64,000 nt of DNA from Octopus sinensis (GCF_006345805.1 NC_043005.1:3410001-3474000); one strand, 5' to 3'. Positions 10,681 through 24,596 are shown, numbered from the stretch's first letter. Notes: a model not told the origin generated them from the sequence alone. Numbers and translations are program-made.

Positions 10681-12114
10681 ATGCATAAATATATAGGCAC
10701 ACACACACACACGACAGGCTTCTTTCAGTTTCTGTTGACCTGTGGTTGGGAAGCAAACTACTTACCACACCAAAACTTTACAGCCAGATGCTCTTTCTGT
10801 TACCAGCTCTTAACTGTTTTATAAGTAAAGGGTTTATTTGTATGTGTGTATGTGTGTATATATATATATAATACATTAAAAGTCAGCTTGAATCATGTTT
10901 GCTTGCTTGCAATGTTACCCAGCCAAACCGGTGCATAATGGGAAAATACTATGAATTAAGTTGCCCCTGAAATGTTAATAAGAACAGAATAAAACAAATT
11001 TTGTATATCTTAATCGTTAAAGGGAAGAAACTCTTACCTTTCGATTAGACACAGTGACTTGACAATGAAAAAATACAATTTATTTTTTACAGTAAATGTT
11101 TCTATTTTCACTTTTGTTAAACAATATTTTAATCATTTAGAAATATTTTTAAGTGAATGTAATGTCAAAAATATAAGTTTTGTTCAGTAAGTATTTATAT
11201 TTTAGCCTTCTTTAAACAGACAATATTTTAATGTTTTTTAAAATTATTTTCAAGTGAATGCTTTTACATGCCACCGCCATTGGTGCCAGGGGAGGCTGGC
11301 AGTGTACAAAATTTTTTTTGACATATTTAAAAAATATTTTATGGTAAAAATGACTTTAAAAATACAGTAAATATTTTGTAAAAGACCTGTTCGTAATGTT
11401 GGTGTGAAATAATTTTTTCCATTGGGTTTTTTAGAGTGCATTCAACATATCTCACCTCCAAAGGTTTGACTGCTATTTCTGGCATGCCCTGCTACCACGT
11501 AACAGCTATTTGTGATAAAGGACCTGAAATACCTGTTATGTGGTAACGGGGCATGCATGAAATAGCAGCCAAATATTTCCTTTTCTGGGGAAAGGAGCTG
11601 TTTATGCGTGATTTTGATGTTACGTTTGTTGAAAGCATGAGAAATAACCTGGAAAAGAAAAAACCCTACAAAACAAAATTCCGTTGCTGGGAAACTCAGA
11701 GTTTCCCAGTGACCCAACAGGTCACGGGTAGTCTTGTATGTATCCCCATTGGAGGATACTTTGGAGATTTCCATTCATGGAATGAATGTGGGATTGTCAT
11801 GTATTTAGGTTGCAAATGGATGATATATGATTAGGGAGGGTTCAGAAAGGATGAAGTGGAACATCACCTGTGGATGATGATGATGGCAAATATTGATGCA
11901 GAGAAGGATGAGAGTTGGGTGGGTGGGGGACAAAACTGAACCCTTGGGGCCTGCATGAGTTGACAGAGTGAGGAACAGTACCATCAGCAAAGCTCATAAC
12001 TGAAAGCTACTAATTTTCTTGTAAAATAATTTTATAGTTTATTTCATGCACTTTGATGAAGCAGTTCCTATTTTTTATTTTATTATTTTTTTCTTTTTGG
12101 TCTTATGCTTAATT

Positions 12115-12632
12115 GTAGTAAAGATTGTTTGCCAACATAACATGGCAGTCCTGGTTTAGGACAAATGTTGCTGTAATTTAGCTCCAAGAGACATCAATTT
12201 CCAGGTTTTTTCCCTTCATCAGCACAGAATAATTGTTCAGCTAGAGGTGGCGCTGCCAAATTCCAGTTCAGAATATATAGTTTTCAAAGTCACAACTAGT
12301 CACTGATCTATAAATTAGAAAATTAATATTTTTTAAATCTCACAATGTGAGATATTCAGCAACAATACTTTGTAGTAAAGATTGTTTGCCAACATAACAA
12401 TCGCAATACACAGATATTGTTTTGAGCTGAGTGGGGGTGCTAGATTCCCTTATTTGAAAATATAAGGACACAGATCGTGTTGTATAGCCAGCTGGAGACG
12501 ATGTCTCCTGGGGCTAAATTATAGCAACATTCGTCCTAAACCAGGACTGCCATGTTATGTTGGTAAACAATCTTTACTATGAAGTACTATTGCTGAATAT
12601 CTCGTGTTGTGAGATTTAAAAATAGTAATTAT
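12115..12632. mobile_element. Rearranged repeat: direct and inverted fragments of one ~130-bp unit, Penelope pLTR-like
   Basis: 12115-12195 and 12321-12400 match two halves of the reverse complement of 12499-12632; minus-strand CTGATGA...GAAA...GTC at 12222-12190. Confidence 0.5.
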
Positions 12633-12693
12633 GCTTAATTGTTTTTAACTTTATGGAAAGCTACATATAAAATCACAGCACTGCTATAAACTT

Positions 12694-12925
12694 TAATCAT
12701 TTAGAATTTAAACTGGCCATTGCTGGCCCAAATATTCTTCCTGTTTTCTGTTCAAGCTGACCAGATCTGGCTTCTCACACTTCTCCTTTGATAAGTCAAT
12801 GTCATTCTAAAAAATAAACATCATAGAAATCTTGAAGCTACAAGATAATCCCATGATCAATTCAAAACAATGTGAATAATAAGCATTACATTGGACAGAG
12901 TCATCTGAATGCTAAAGAGTTTAAG
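12694..12925. mobile_element. piggyBac-type MITE (TTAA ends)
   Basis: Ends resemble TTAACCCTTTAGCATTTAAA / CTGAATGCTAAAGGGTTAA; same family at 24375-24596, 44981-45718 and 60112-60285. Confidence 0.6.
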
Positions 12926-13299
12926 GGGTTAGGGTGATAAAAAGTAGCCTGGTGCTTCACACTGGCCATGTATGCTTTAGGGTTTAGTCTTATCAATAGA
13001 TGAGCTTATTTTCTTTTGATATGAATGAAAACTGATTGCAAAACATTTTACAATGAATGAAATTTAAAAAGCAAAATCATCTGTTTTTCAACTATGAAGC
13101 ACATGAATTGTTATTTTGACTAGATGTAGGTTAAAAAATGTAGTTGTATATTGCCAGTGTGATATGATTAGTTTAGTGGGTCAGACAAAGCAAGTCTGGG
13201 TTAGTAACCAGGTAAAAGATTAATTATTATGTGCAAGATAAAATTGGTTGAGCTACAGGTGTGGTTTGTGAAAGAATGAATAATATATAAAAAAAATTG

Positions 13300-14270
13300 T
13301 AACAGGCGTCCGTGTTATTCTTACGCTAGTGTGTTGTTCTCTGCTAATTCTGTGTCACTTCAACCTAAACGTGATTTTGCTTGTCTCCGTCCCTCCTACT
13401 CTGTCTCTTTCTAGCCAGATCCTCTTCTAAATACATTTCTCCAATCCTTCATCTTCACACAATGATACCCATCTGTTTCTACCATCTACAAACCTGTAAC
13501 AATCCAAAACAGTAGTCATTATATTCTTTAATATGAAACAACCTGAATATAAACTATTGGCACTGTCCATTCTCCAAAGGCTGACAGATAAGATTGTATT
13601 AAACACATCCTGAGTGAGTGCCTCTCACACATCTTGAAAGTCTATATACTTTCGAGTTACCTGGTTCTATAATGAGAAAATTCTATAGAAAGGTTTTTGG
13701 CTTATGATAATTAATTATATTCATGGTTGCGTTTTAATGAAATGATTTTTTTCACTTCATCATCAAATTTTGCTGGTTGTGATCCAACTTCCATTTCAGT
13801 GTTAGTCTCAAGGCTCTTCTCCCTGGCTGCCTTTGTAGACTTTATATCTAAACCTCATACTGTTCCGTTCCAAAACCCTGCTTAGATCCTCAAAAGATCT
13901 AAAAGTCCTGACCGTGTGCTTTATATCTCAGAGTTGGGTTCATGCTAATCTCTCACAAACTCAGCCCTGTTTTTATTTCCTTGTGGTTTCCATGTCAAAC
14001 ACTGTATTGCGATTCTTGTGAGGCTACCCACAAAACTATGTCCTCATATAAGGCTCGTCTTTTCTTCCTGGTACCAGTTGGAACCCTTCAATGAATAGAC
14101 ATCACAGTGAAATCTATAATTGATTTGAATTTATCTCCTTTGAACCTATTTTATGAACTACAGGTGAAGCTGACTTTAAGGAGATTTAAATTCAAAAATC
14201 CAGACACACAACACTATCATAGCTTGAAACAATCCTATTAATCTCTTAATGACATTTTTACTATTTCACT
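13300..14270 (+). mobile_element. Highly decayed CR1/L2-like LINE fragment (tentative)
   Basis: Fragmentary peptides resembling the endonuclease-RT linker (KAD.., KPHTVPF); many stops. Confidence 0.25.
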
Positions 14271-14687
14271 CTGGGGCTCAGATTCTGTTTCATTAGTACC
14301 CAACATCTGGGTATTTATTGTCCACCCACACCAGTAACTCCTCTTTTCCTCTCCAGTAAACACAACACTTCAGGTTGATGAGTGCAGATTAACAGAAATA
14401 CACCCAAATATTTTATTGTATGCCAAACATTTCCACTGACCAGGTTTTTACAATCAATCCGAGTGGTCCTACAATGGGAGAGGAATGTCTTTCATCAATG
14501 GGAAACAGGGTTCTTGTTTCATGTACAATGTTGTTTTTCTTTTTGCTTGATTTTATATCAGAACCCGGCTTTTTTATTGATTCACCCCCACCCCAGTGGT
14601 TTTTATCTTTAAAACTAAACACAGTGAAATATTTTATTTTTACGAATGATACTGTTGCAACTTTGTGTCTTTCTCTTTGTTTTACAG

Positions 14688-14796
14688 GTTTGTTGTGTTC
14701 CTGTAATGAATGTACAAACACAAACACATGTAATACAACAGGGGTCTGCTATGCACTCATGACGCGGAGAAAACAGGGCAAGAAACTTATCTATAA
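14688..14796 (+). CDS. TGFBR1: TGF-beta/activin type I receptor, ectodomain exon A (phase 1 to 2)
   Basis: Polypyrimidine tract TTTACAG acceptor, AA|GTGAGT donor; LLCSCNECTNTNTCNTTGVCY holds the first 5 Cys of the ectodomain. Confidence 0.85.
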
Positions 14797-15126
14797 GTGA
14801 GTATTTGTCTAATGACTTTCACCTCTTTTCATTTGTTTACATCATTAGAGATAATATGCTGATTGATGTTGTTGTTGTTGGTGGTGGTGTCAAGTAACTT
14901 CCATCTGCTTTGCTTGAACTGATCTCTAAACGTATGAGATGTTTTGGCACAGTCATTTTTGCATCGTTTAATTGACATCGTCGATTTGATGTTGACTTAT
15001 TGACATGAGACATTTTAATGTGACTCTTATTTTTTTCTGCCTCTGTTATGTGTGTGTGTGTGCAGAGAATATTTCTCTGTGAGGAGAGGAAAAGTATTTG
15101 CATTGATCCTGTTCAATTAATAAATT

Positions 15127-15170
<44 letters not shown>

Positions 15171-15770
15171 GTATGTATGTGTGTGTGTGTGTATTTGTCT
15201 GCGGAACCAAAAATTACTCTTGTCAAAACAGGCTGAATATCCAGTCAGTCAGTGATGCTGGTTAGGGAGCTTGCTTCCTATCTATATGGTTTCGGGTTCA
15301 GTCCCACTGCGTGGCACTCTGGGTAGGTGTCTTCCACTATAGCCCCGAGCCGACCAGAGCTTTGTGATTGAATTCGGTAGGTGGAAGTTACTGCCGTGTG
15401 TGTATGTGTGTGTATAGCTGCTCAGTGCCTCTCCGAAAGAGAGAGAGAGAGAGAGCTGCTGCACTTGATCATTTCATTCTAGAATTCCGAAACAGAGATG
15501 GAGTGAATCATCATCACCATTCATTTTCCATGCTGGCATGGGTTACACAATTTGACAGGAACCGGCAAGGCTGGAGAGCTGCACCAGGCTCCAGTTGTCT
15601 CTTTTGGCATGGTTACTATAGCTAGATATCGTGTGGTGTGCATGCTGTATACATTGCATCAGCACAGGTATGTTATATTTTATGTGGTACCAGCCCAGTT
15701 GCTTTTTGCAATCTATCAATGCTTCAGTTCAGTTTGGAACTATCATGTTATTATATATTATTATTTTGTG

Positions 15771-16075
15771 AAGGCACATGGCTTAGTGGTTAGAGCATCG
15801 AGCTTACGATTGTGAGGTTGTGAGTTTGATTCCTGGACTGGGCTGCATGTTGTGTTCTTGAGCAAGACACTTTATTTCACATTGCTCCAGTTAACTCAGC
15901 TGTAGAAATAAGTTGTGACATCTCTGGTACCAAGCAGTATCGGCCTTTGCCTTTTCCTTGGATAACATCAATGGTGTGGAGAGTGGAGGCTGGCATGCAT
16001 GGGCAACTGTTGGCCTTCCACAAACAACCTTGCTCAGACTTGTGCCTCAGAGGGTAACTTTCTAGGTACAATCCT
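15771..16075 (+). mobile_element. tRNA-derived SINE, head type 4 (GAAGGCACATGGCTTAGTGG...TGTTCTTGAGCAAGACAC) with tail Y
   Basis: A/B boxes and core shared with 23516-23812; different 3' half. Confidence 0.75.
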
Positions 16076-17049
16076 CACTTTGTGAAAGTTAAGTTATGTT
16101 AAACCAAACTCTTTAGTCTTGCAGAGATAACCCCTTTAGTGCTGGTGCTGGTAGAACAGCAAAATCTTCTCAGCAGGCCATAAAGTGGTTGGCGATGGAC
16201 CAGAGAGAGCAGAGGGTAGAAGAGTTCTTTAATTTTGTGTGGAACATCACAACCTGGTCCCACATTAAAATGCTTTCTGTACATTCTTGTAAAGTGATTG
16301 TTGTTAGGAAGAGCATTCCTCATCCAACCAAAGAAACCATGTCAGAATGGTATGTAGGAACAAAATGTGGTCCCTTGATCTATGAGGGCAATAACGGAAT
16401 AAGAACTAGCTTCAATTCTGACAACTTGCCCAATCTATGGCTGCAGACATAAGGTGGTGGTGATGATGATGATAATGATGATGGTGAACTTGTCATAATG
16501 GAGCTCAAGGATAAGTTAAACACAAAACAAAGCAGCAAGTTAAAACTTCAAATTTTATCGCTGTCACCATTTACAAGAGCAGAAATGGAGACATTCTTTC
16601 GAGCATCAAATTACATGTAAAAAGTCGTTGGTGAGTCGATAGCTGGGCTAGTCATAAAATGTCAACTTTCTAAGCTTGTTATTAATTGGTGTTAACCTTG
16701 AAACTACGTACTTGGGAACTTTGGCATAATCATACTATATGACAGTGTGTAGAATTATATTTATATATAAATATTAATACTGAAGTAATTCAGAATGGTT
16801 TTGGTCGTGGCAGCAAGGTCTTGTTGACTGACCACTATCTGAATGTATATATACTTCCTATAGATTTCTTTATATTGCCCTGAAAAGATTTGAAGGTTTA
16901 TATCAGTAGTTCTCATTCAAGGTCCATATAAGATTTTTAAGGGTCCATGCAAGCAAAATAGTCAATTGGGGATCCACGATAATATTTTAAGGGTCCATGA
17001 AAAAATTTTGCTTTAGTTGTATTTATTGTAAGAAATAGCTAGATTTCTT

Positions 17050-17390
17050 TCATCATCGTCATCATTGTTTAACATCCACTTTCCATGCTGTCATGGGTTG
17101 GACAGTTTGAATGAAAACTGTTAAACTGGGGAGCTGCACCAGGTTCCAATCTGATTTGGCAAGGTTTCTATGGCTTGATGCCCTTCCTAATGCCAACCAC
17201 TCCAAGAGTATAGTGAGTGCTTTTTAGATGCCACCGTCATGGATGCCATTGACCTGACACTGGCATTGGCCACAACTACAGTCTCACTTGGCCTGACAGG
17301 TCAACATAAGCATGGCATATTGCCAAGGGTCTTGGTCACCCGTCACTGCCTCCATGGGGTCCCAGTGGCATTTCTTTCTCTCACATGGCC
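17050..17390 (-). mobile_element. RTE-LINE 3' end (nested in hAT)
   Basis: (CAT)n tail at left and family 3' sequence. Confidence 0.8.
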
Positions 17391-17504
17391 TCTGAATCAT
17401 GTTCTCTTAGGGAGTGTAACTGCAAACCTACCCAAGTGGATGGACAGAAAACAAATGAGGAATTTCGAAAGAACTCTCTATAAAACTAGTTTTTAAACAT
17501 TGCG

Positions 17505-17847
17505 TTGCCAAAGCGGCTATCTGGCCTCCGTGCCAGTGGCACGTAAAAGACACCATTCGAGCATGATCGTTACCAGCATCGCCTTACTGGCACCTGTGCC
17601 GGTGGCATGTGTAAAAGATTCGAGTGAGGTCGTTGCCAGTACTGCCTGACTGGTCCCCGTGCCGGTGGCACGTAAAAGCACCCACTACACTCTCAGAGTG
17701 GTTGGCGTTAGGAAGGGCATCGAGCTGTAGAAATTCTGCCAGATCAAGATTGGAGCCTGGTGCAGCTATCTGGTTCACCAGCCCTCAGTCAAAATTGTCC
17801 AACCCATGCTAGCATGGAAAGCGGATGTTAAATGATGATGATGATGA
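17505..17847 (+). mobile_element. RTE-LINE 3' end (nested in hAT)
   Basis: Module array, terminal hairpin, (ATG)n tail. Confidence 0.85.
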
Positions 17848-20433
17848 ATGGCTAGTGGTTGGTGGTCCACCTGAACGAAATGGTAATCCAAGGGGTTCAT
17901 AGATAAAAAAAAAATGGTTGAGAATCACTGCTTTATATTTTGATGTTTTATTTATTGGTCTCCTGTAAGGAATATAAACTGCAAAGACTGTTTATTTCTT
18001 CAATGGAGCTATAAGAGATGCCCGATGAACTGGATCGGCTTAGGCTGAATATTATTTAATGTGCAAATGTTTATTTAATTATATTAGCTACACAACAAAG
18101 AAGATAATAATTATTACTTAATTAGTTTTGTTTGTATCAAAGTGGCCTTGTTTTAATTGGACCTTCTTCCAAGTAGGGAAGACTCTTCTCGTAGTGGTAT
18201 GTCTTTCCTTGGAAAACTGTCTGGATCCTTTTGAAGACATATTTGAACCCCTGGGAAGACTTTAGGTGAGGCAGGTGAATCTTCATTGTCTTCCATTTGT
18301 GAATTGTCTTTTACTGTTGCTTGCCAAAGATTAATTCTGCAATATTATTGTCAGGGGTTGATAAATTAAGTCCCAGTTGAGCCACAGGGTCAATGAAATC
18401 CGACTCCCCCCCCCATCTCAGGCTTTGTGCCTAGAAGCACTGTGATCTACACTGTAATCTTTCACTATAGCTTTGCAAAATAGAAATAATGACAGTACAA
18501 GACTTGTGGAAGGAAATGGTAAATTACAATAGGAAACTTTCAGGGGAACATTTTTATCATTAAGGAATTTTACCAAAATCCAATCACCAAGAAATCAAAT
18601 AGTTACCTTAAACATTCAGTTATTAATGAATTTTTTTTATTTTCCATCTTATATCAAAATTAATGACAGTTTGGGAATTTGGGGTTATTCCATTTCCAAA
18701 CATGGATACTTTTATTTTATATTGCTACTGCAACAGGATAAGTTATGGTTATCTGAATAAAGGTTAACAGCTGACCTTAAAATGACCTTGCCAGTAACTT
18801 TTGAACTGTTGGTCAGATTTAGCTGCAAACTTAAGAATTGTGCTTTTGGGTCAAAACCCAGACCCTATGTTCAATTTCAGTAAATTTGGGAAGGTAATGA
18901 TGCTATTGCCCAACTTCAATGAGTGATCTGTTTTGGAATCCTTCAAGCACTCAAGTTATCTCTGTCTTCTCTTTAACAGATATTAAATACTCAGAATAGA
19001 ATTGCCAAATGGTCAGTCAGTCAGTTACATAGATCTGAGTAGACACACGGAAACAGCAGTTGGGATCATCATTGTCATTGCTAGCATTTGTTGGCATGGC
19101 AAGCTTTTGTTTGTTTGATCACCACCACCATTACCCTTGTATTCACATGCTTAGATCACAAATGGCACAGAATGCATCAAGGCTTTGTATAATATAGGAT
19201 GCAGTTAGATCTTAGACCACACAGAAGCTTGGCATACTTGATAAGATTGATCCAGGAGGCAGACTCAAAGAACCAGTTCTCATTGACTGAGTTAGTTGGG
19301 GCTCCTCAACAGTGATTTCTCTCTTTGAATACATTACCAAAATCTGCACAGCATTTGTTGCATCAGCCCAGATCTTAATACCAGAAGTGTAAGTCTTGAT
19401 CATAACATCAGCCTGAGTGTCCAGTGTTGTGAATTAATTTACTTTTATTCATTTGATCTGTTACTTGTGAGTCGTTAATCTACCAATGTTAATTAACAAT
19501 AGTTTCATAGAATTTGCAGGTTAATCCTGAATTAAAGCCGTAACATGTCTTAGATGTTGGATTGATGTGGTATGTCTTAATATGTATTGTTGTAGTTTTG
19601 CTTCAGGTGACCTGACACACACCACATGGCACTGACAATAAAAGCAGCAGTGGTTTTGTCCCACTTCATCCCTCACCCAACTGTTCTAGCCATCACAATG
19701 TAGTTAAGTAATTTTCATATTACTACAGCTGTTCTCACTCTCACAGATAACATTGCAATGTTACTGCTGTTACCATAACAACCAACATGGCAACTTTACA
19801 ACCTGTCATATACCACACCACTTGGCATCACTACAATACCATTGTACTGTAATGATTACAGTGTAGTCTTGAGCCTAGGTAATAATTTGCAAAATTGTTC
19901 GAAGGTTTGCTAGATTGCTTTGAATTCATTACAAAAAGGAGCCAGTCAGAGTGGGAGGAACTGGCATCGACCATGTTCAGATGGTGCTTTTTATGTGCCA
20001 CGAGCACGGGGAGCCAGACAGGTGGAACTGGCAACAACCCACCCATGAATGGTGCTTATTACATGCCATCAGCACGAGAGCCAGTTAGGTGGCACTGGTA
20101 TCAGCCACAACTACAATTTCCATTTGATTTGATATGATTTTGATGTACTTGACTCAATAGGTCTCCTCAAACACGGCATGTTACCCTACAATCCAAGGTA
20201 CTTTTGAATGCGCTGGTTATGTGACACAGCTGTGATTTCACTTTATTTGCTGGGTTTTCTCAATCACAGCATATCTCCAGAGGTCTCGGTCTTTCGCCAT
20301 TGCCTCTGTGAAGCCCTATGTTCAATGGTCATGCTTCATCACCTCATCCCATGTCTTCCTATGTCTACTTGACTGTGGCCATGCTGGGGCAGTCCCTCGA
20401 AGGGTTTTAGTCTATCATATTGACACTAATACT

Positions 20434-22438
20434 TATCATCATCATCATTTAACGTCCGCTTTCCATACTAGCATGGTTTGGATGATTTGACTGAGGTCTG
20501 GCGAACCAGATGGCTGCACCAGGCTCTAATCTGATCTGGCAGAGTTTCTACAGCTGGATGCCCTTCCTAATGCTAACCACTCCGAGGGTGTAGTGGGTGC
20601 TTTTACGTGCCACTAGCACGAGAGCCAGGCAGGCGGTACTGGCAACGGCCATGCTCAAATGGTGCTTTTTATGTGCCACCTGCACAGGAGCCAGTCCAGC
20701 GGCACTGGCAATGACCTCGCTTGAATGTTTTTTCACATGCTTCCAGCACAAGTGCCAGTAAGGCGACGCAGGTAGCGATCACGCTCCAATGATGCTACTT
20801 ATGTACCACCGGCACGGTGTGTGAAGCCAGTTTGTTGCTCTGGCAACGATCACGCTTGGATGGCACTCTTAGCGCTCCACTGGCATGGATGCCAGGCATT
20901 GAATTTGATTTTGATTTCAAATTCACTTGCCTCAACAGGTCTTCTCAAGCAGAGTTTAGTGTCCAATGGAGGAAAGGTACGCATTATATAAGTGGACTGG
21001 TTACACCTCTGGCATAGGCCACAAGGTTATGGTCTCACTTGGCTTGCCGAGTCTTTTCAAGCATAGCATATTTCCAAAGGTCCTGGTCACTAGTCATTGC
21101 CTCGGTGAGCCCAATGTTCGAAAGTCATGCTTCACCACCTCATCCCAGGTCTTCCTGAGTCTACATGTTTCACAGGTTCCCTCAACTTTTTCACACAGCT
21201 ATCCACATCCATACTCGCCACATGGCCATACCAGCGCAGTCGTCTCTCTTGCACACCACATCTGATGCTTCTTATGTCCAACCTTTCTCTCAAGGTACTT
21301 ACACTCTGTTGAGTGTGCACACTGACATTACATATCCATCGGAGCATACTGGCTTCATTCCTTGAAAGCTTATGCATGTCCTCAGCAGTCATGGCCCATG
21401 TTTCACTGCCATGTAGCATTGCTGTTCATACACATGCGTCATACAGTCTACCTTTTACTCTGTGCAAGAGGCCCTTTGTCACCAACAGAACTAAGAGCTC
21501 TCTGAACTTTTCCCAGGCTATTGTTATTCTAGCAGCTACACTTTCAGTGCACCCTCCCCTGCTACTGACTTGGTCACCTAGGTAACAGAAGCTATCAACT
21601 ATTTCTAGTTTTTCTCCCTGGAATGTGGCGGAAGTTGCTCTCTGCGCATTTTCAGTGTTTATTGCTCCTGAGCATCTGCCACATACAAAAACTATCTTCC
21701 TAGTTAGCCCTCCCTTGACGTTGCTGCACCTCTTATGTGTCCATAGCTTACACTGGGTACATCTTATAGAGTTTCTACCTACGCCTTTTCTACAGATCGA
21801 GCAGGGCTAACTACCTGAAGGGATTTGTGGTTTGCCTGCCTTCCTACTTATTAGGACTTTGGTTTTAGCTAGGTTGACTCTAAGGCCCTTCCATTCTAAT
21901 CCTTGTTTCCACACTTGAAACTTCTCCTCCAGTTCTGATAGTGATTCAGCAATTAGAGCAAGGTCATCAGCATAGAGGAGCTCCTAGGGGCATCCTGTCT
22001 TGAATTCCTCTGGTATTTCCTGGAGGATTATTATAAATGGGAGGGGGCTGAGGACTGAACCTTGGTGGACCCCTACCTCTACCCGGAATTCTTCACTGTA
22101 CTCATTGCCAACCCTCACCTTACTGACAGCGTCCTTGTACATGGCTTGCACAGCTCTCACTAACCATTCATCTATCCCTAGTTTTCTCATTGACCACCAG
22201 ATAAGGGATCGAGGGAGCCTGTCAAAGGCTTTCTCCATGTCTACGAGAGCCAGGTACAGAGGTTTATCTTTGGCTAGGTAGTTCTCCTACAGCTGTCTTA
22301 CCAGAAATATAGCATCAGTGGTGCTTTTCCCTGCCACGAACCCAAACTGCATCTCATCTAAACTAACTCTTTCCCTAATTAGTTTGGCTATGACCCTCTC
22401 CGTGACCTTCATTACCTGATCCAACAACTTGATACCTG
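20434..22438 (-). mobile_element. 5'-truncated RTE-clade LINE with reverse transcriptase remnant and full 3' UTR
   Basis: Minus-strand peptides DMEKAFDR, GVHQGSVLSP, LLYADDL, MLHGSETW, RRLRWYGHV; stops and frameshifts; (CAT)n tail at 20434. Confidence 0.92.
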
Positions 22439-23515
22439 TTTAATTATTTGTATCTAAAGCGTTACTAAATACATTATGTTACGTCAGTGTGCAAACAGAT
22501 GCACATCTGTATTTTTGTATATGCATCTGTGCCTGCAGAATTTATTTTTGTCCCTTGAATAAATACAGTTGAGAAACTGTTGGTTATCACTGCTCATGCA
22601 AGGCTCAAAGGTCCAGATATAGCTCATTTTGGAACCACATGCTTAGGGGTTTGACTGGTGTCCTGCACTCTAGCTTTTCGGGATGAAACTTTGTCAGCAG
22701 AAACTAGGAAAAACCTGCAATATATATACATAGACGGCTCAGAAGTAAATAGACAGCATCGTTTTTGAAAGATTTATTTCTTGAAACGAAATAATGTCAT
22801 TTGATGGGGTTGGATAGTTTGACAAGAGGTGGCCAGCTGGTGGGCTGCACCATTCTCTAGTTGTCTGCTTTGGCATGGTTTCTGTGGATGGATACTCTGC
22901 CTAATGAGTGCACCAGGTGCTTTTAAATGCAGCATCAGTACAGGTGCTTTTCATGTGATGCCAATATGTTTGCTTTTTATTCAGCACAAAAGCAACACCT
23001 GCACTGGTCCCATAGACATGCGTGTGTGTGACTGAGTGCATATCCCTTCTAATCTGGGCATGAATGGTAACACAGCACCACCATTCCTACAAATGGTATT
23101 GTTTGCAGTCATTCATGAATGCACATCCAGGCTGTTTGTCATACGGTAGACTGGGGGTGGGGGTGAGGTGTTGTGTGGAAACAGGTGAGGAAGAGCATCC
23201 AGCCATAGACATTTCTGTCTCTGCAAAACCTTATCTAATCCATAAGAAATGGCAAAATGGAAGCTAACACAGCAGAGAGAGAGAGAGAGAGAGAGAGAGA
23301 GTAAAGCAGGTGTTAGCATAGATAATGTAGTGAGCCAAAAAATTTTAATTGCTGAAAATTACATGTTGGTTAGTAATGATAACATGTCGTTATGCTAATT
23401 AGTAATTCTGATGAAGCAAGCAGTGGGGTGGGGTGGGGGACAACCTTTGAACAGAAATTATGATTAATCAAATATAGAATAGGGAAGGGGAGTGAGTTTA
23501 GTACTATAAATAGTG

Positions 23516-23812
23516 AAGGCACATACTTAAGTGGTTCGGGTGTTCAGCTCAAGATGGTAAGTTCATGAGTTCAATACCTGGCAGTGCATTGTGTCCTTGG
23601 ACAAGACACTTTGTTTCAGATTGTTCCAGTCCACTCAGCTGGCAAAAACGTGTTGTACCTGCATTTCAAACGGCCAGCCTAGCCTCCCTGAGAACTATGT
23701 TAAGGGTACGCATGTCTGTGGAGTACTCAGCTACTTACATGGTAATTTCACCAGCAGTCTGTTCTGTCGACCAGAGCAACTGGAACACTCACCGTTGTAA
23801 CCAACGGAATGA
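23516..23812 (+). mobile_element. tRNA-derived SINE, head type 4 with tail X
   Basis: Core TGTGTCCTTGGACAAGACAC; tail GAGAACTATGTTAAGGGTACGCATGTCTGTGGAGTACTCAGC. Confidence 0.75.
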
Positions 23813-24374
23813 CAGTTTTACCTATACAGACAGGTTTGTGTTTTGTTAGTCCTTATCTTATACAGGTAGAATACCACCACCAACAACAACAACAGCAACA
23901 ACAACAGAAGTAAATTAATTGCACTATACATTGACAGAGGTGGTGAGAACAAGCCCAGGCAGGAGACTAAATATTTATGACTAGAGTAGATATGTTGTTG
24001 GCAGAGAAATAGGGAGATAAAGTATTTGTAGTAGCCAGAAATAATAAGTTTAGACTAGTTGTGGTCAATGTGAGAGTGACCTATGTGGTCGTGTAGTTCC
24101 TGCTTTGTATAATGATGGAGTAGTTATGGTTGGAATACCTTTAATCACAGGTCAGCTTGATTAGGGCTGACCTGGGGCTAAACAATTTCAACAAATTTAT
24201 GGTTGTGTCAATTTTTTTAATTTGAGAGTTTCTAAGGTCAGTAATCAAAGAATATAACCTTACAGGCACTGTAAGGCGTAAATTACATTATATGTAACTT
24301 TATATATGTGTGTGTGTGTGCATGTATGCACACGTCTGTGTATTTAATAGAGTTTTCAAAACAGTTTCTTGATT

Positions 24375-24596
24375 ATTCTATTGGCATTTAAAGCAGTCAT
24401 ATGCGGGCCAAATACTTGTTTTATGTTCAACCCAACTGGTTCTGGCCTCTCACACCTACCCTACAATGTCATTCTAAAACTGTACAATCACATCATTGAA
24501 ATCTCAAAGCTCCAAGATAATCCATGGCTAATTCAAAAGAATACGAATAAATCAGCATTACAGTTGAGAGAGTAAACTGAATGCTAAACAGTTAAG
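24375..24596. mobile_element. piggyBac-type MITE
   Basis: Same family as 12694-12925; ends CTGAATGCTAAACAGTTAA. Confidence 0.55.

Larger units (their letters stand above)
16904..17930. mobile_element. Non-autonomous hAT (Charlie-like) element with two nested RTE 3' ends
   Basis: Termini CAGTAGTTCTCA / GGTTGAGAATCACTG; 8-bp TSD GTTTATAT (16896-16903) vs CTTTATAT (17931-17938). Confidence 0.75.

Noticed and set aside
16585-16636. GTGAGT donor with a nearby ATG, possible internal first exon
   Set aside because: The ATG frame stops before the donor; one hexamer per several kb is expected by chance
18312-18345. CC and FCN codons resembling a Cys box (alternative exon B)
   Set aside because: The two motifs are in different frames, with a stop in one; no splice sites
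19729-19880. LQCYCC...NFTTC resembling the start of an ALK5 ectodomain (alternative exon A)
   Set aside because: Acceptor phase incompatible, in-frame stops, wrong Cys spacing, low-complexity CAT/TAC-rich sequence
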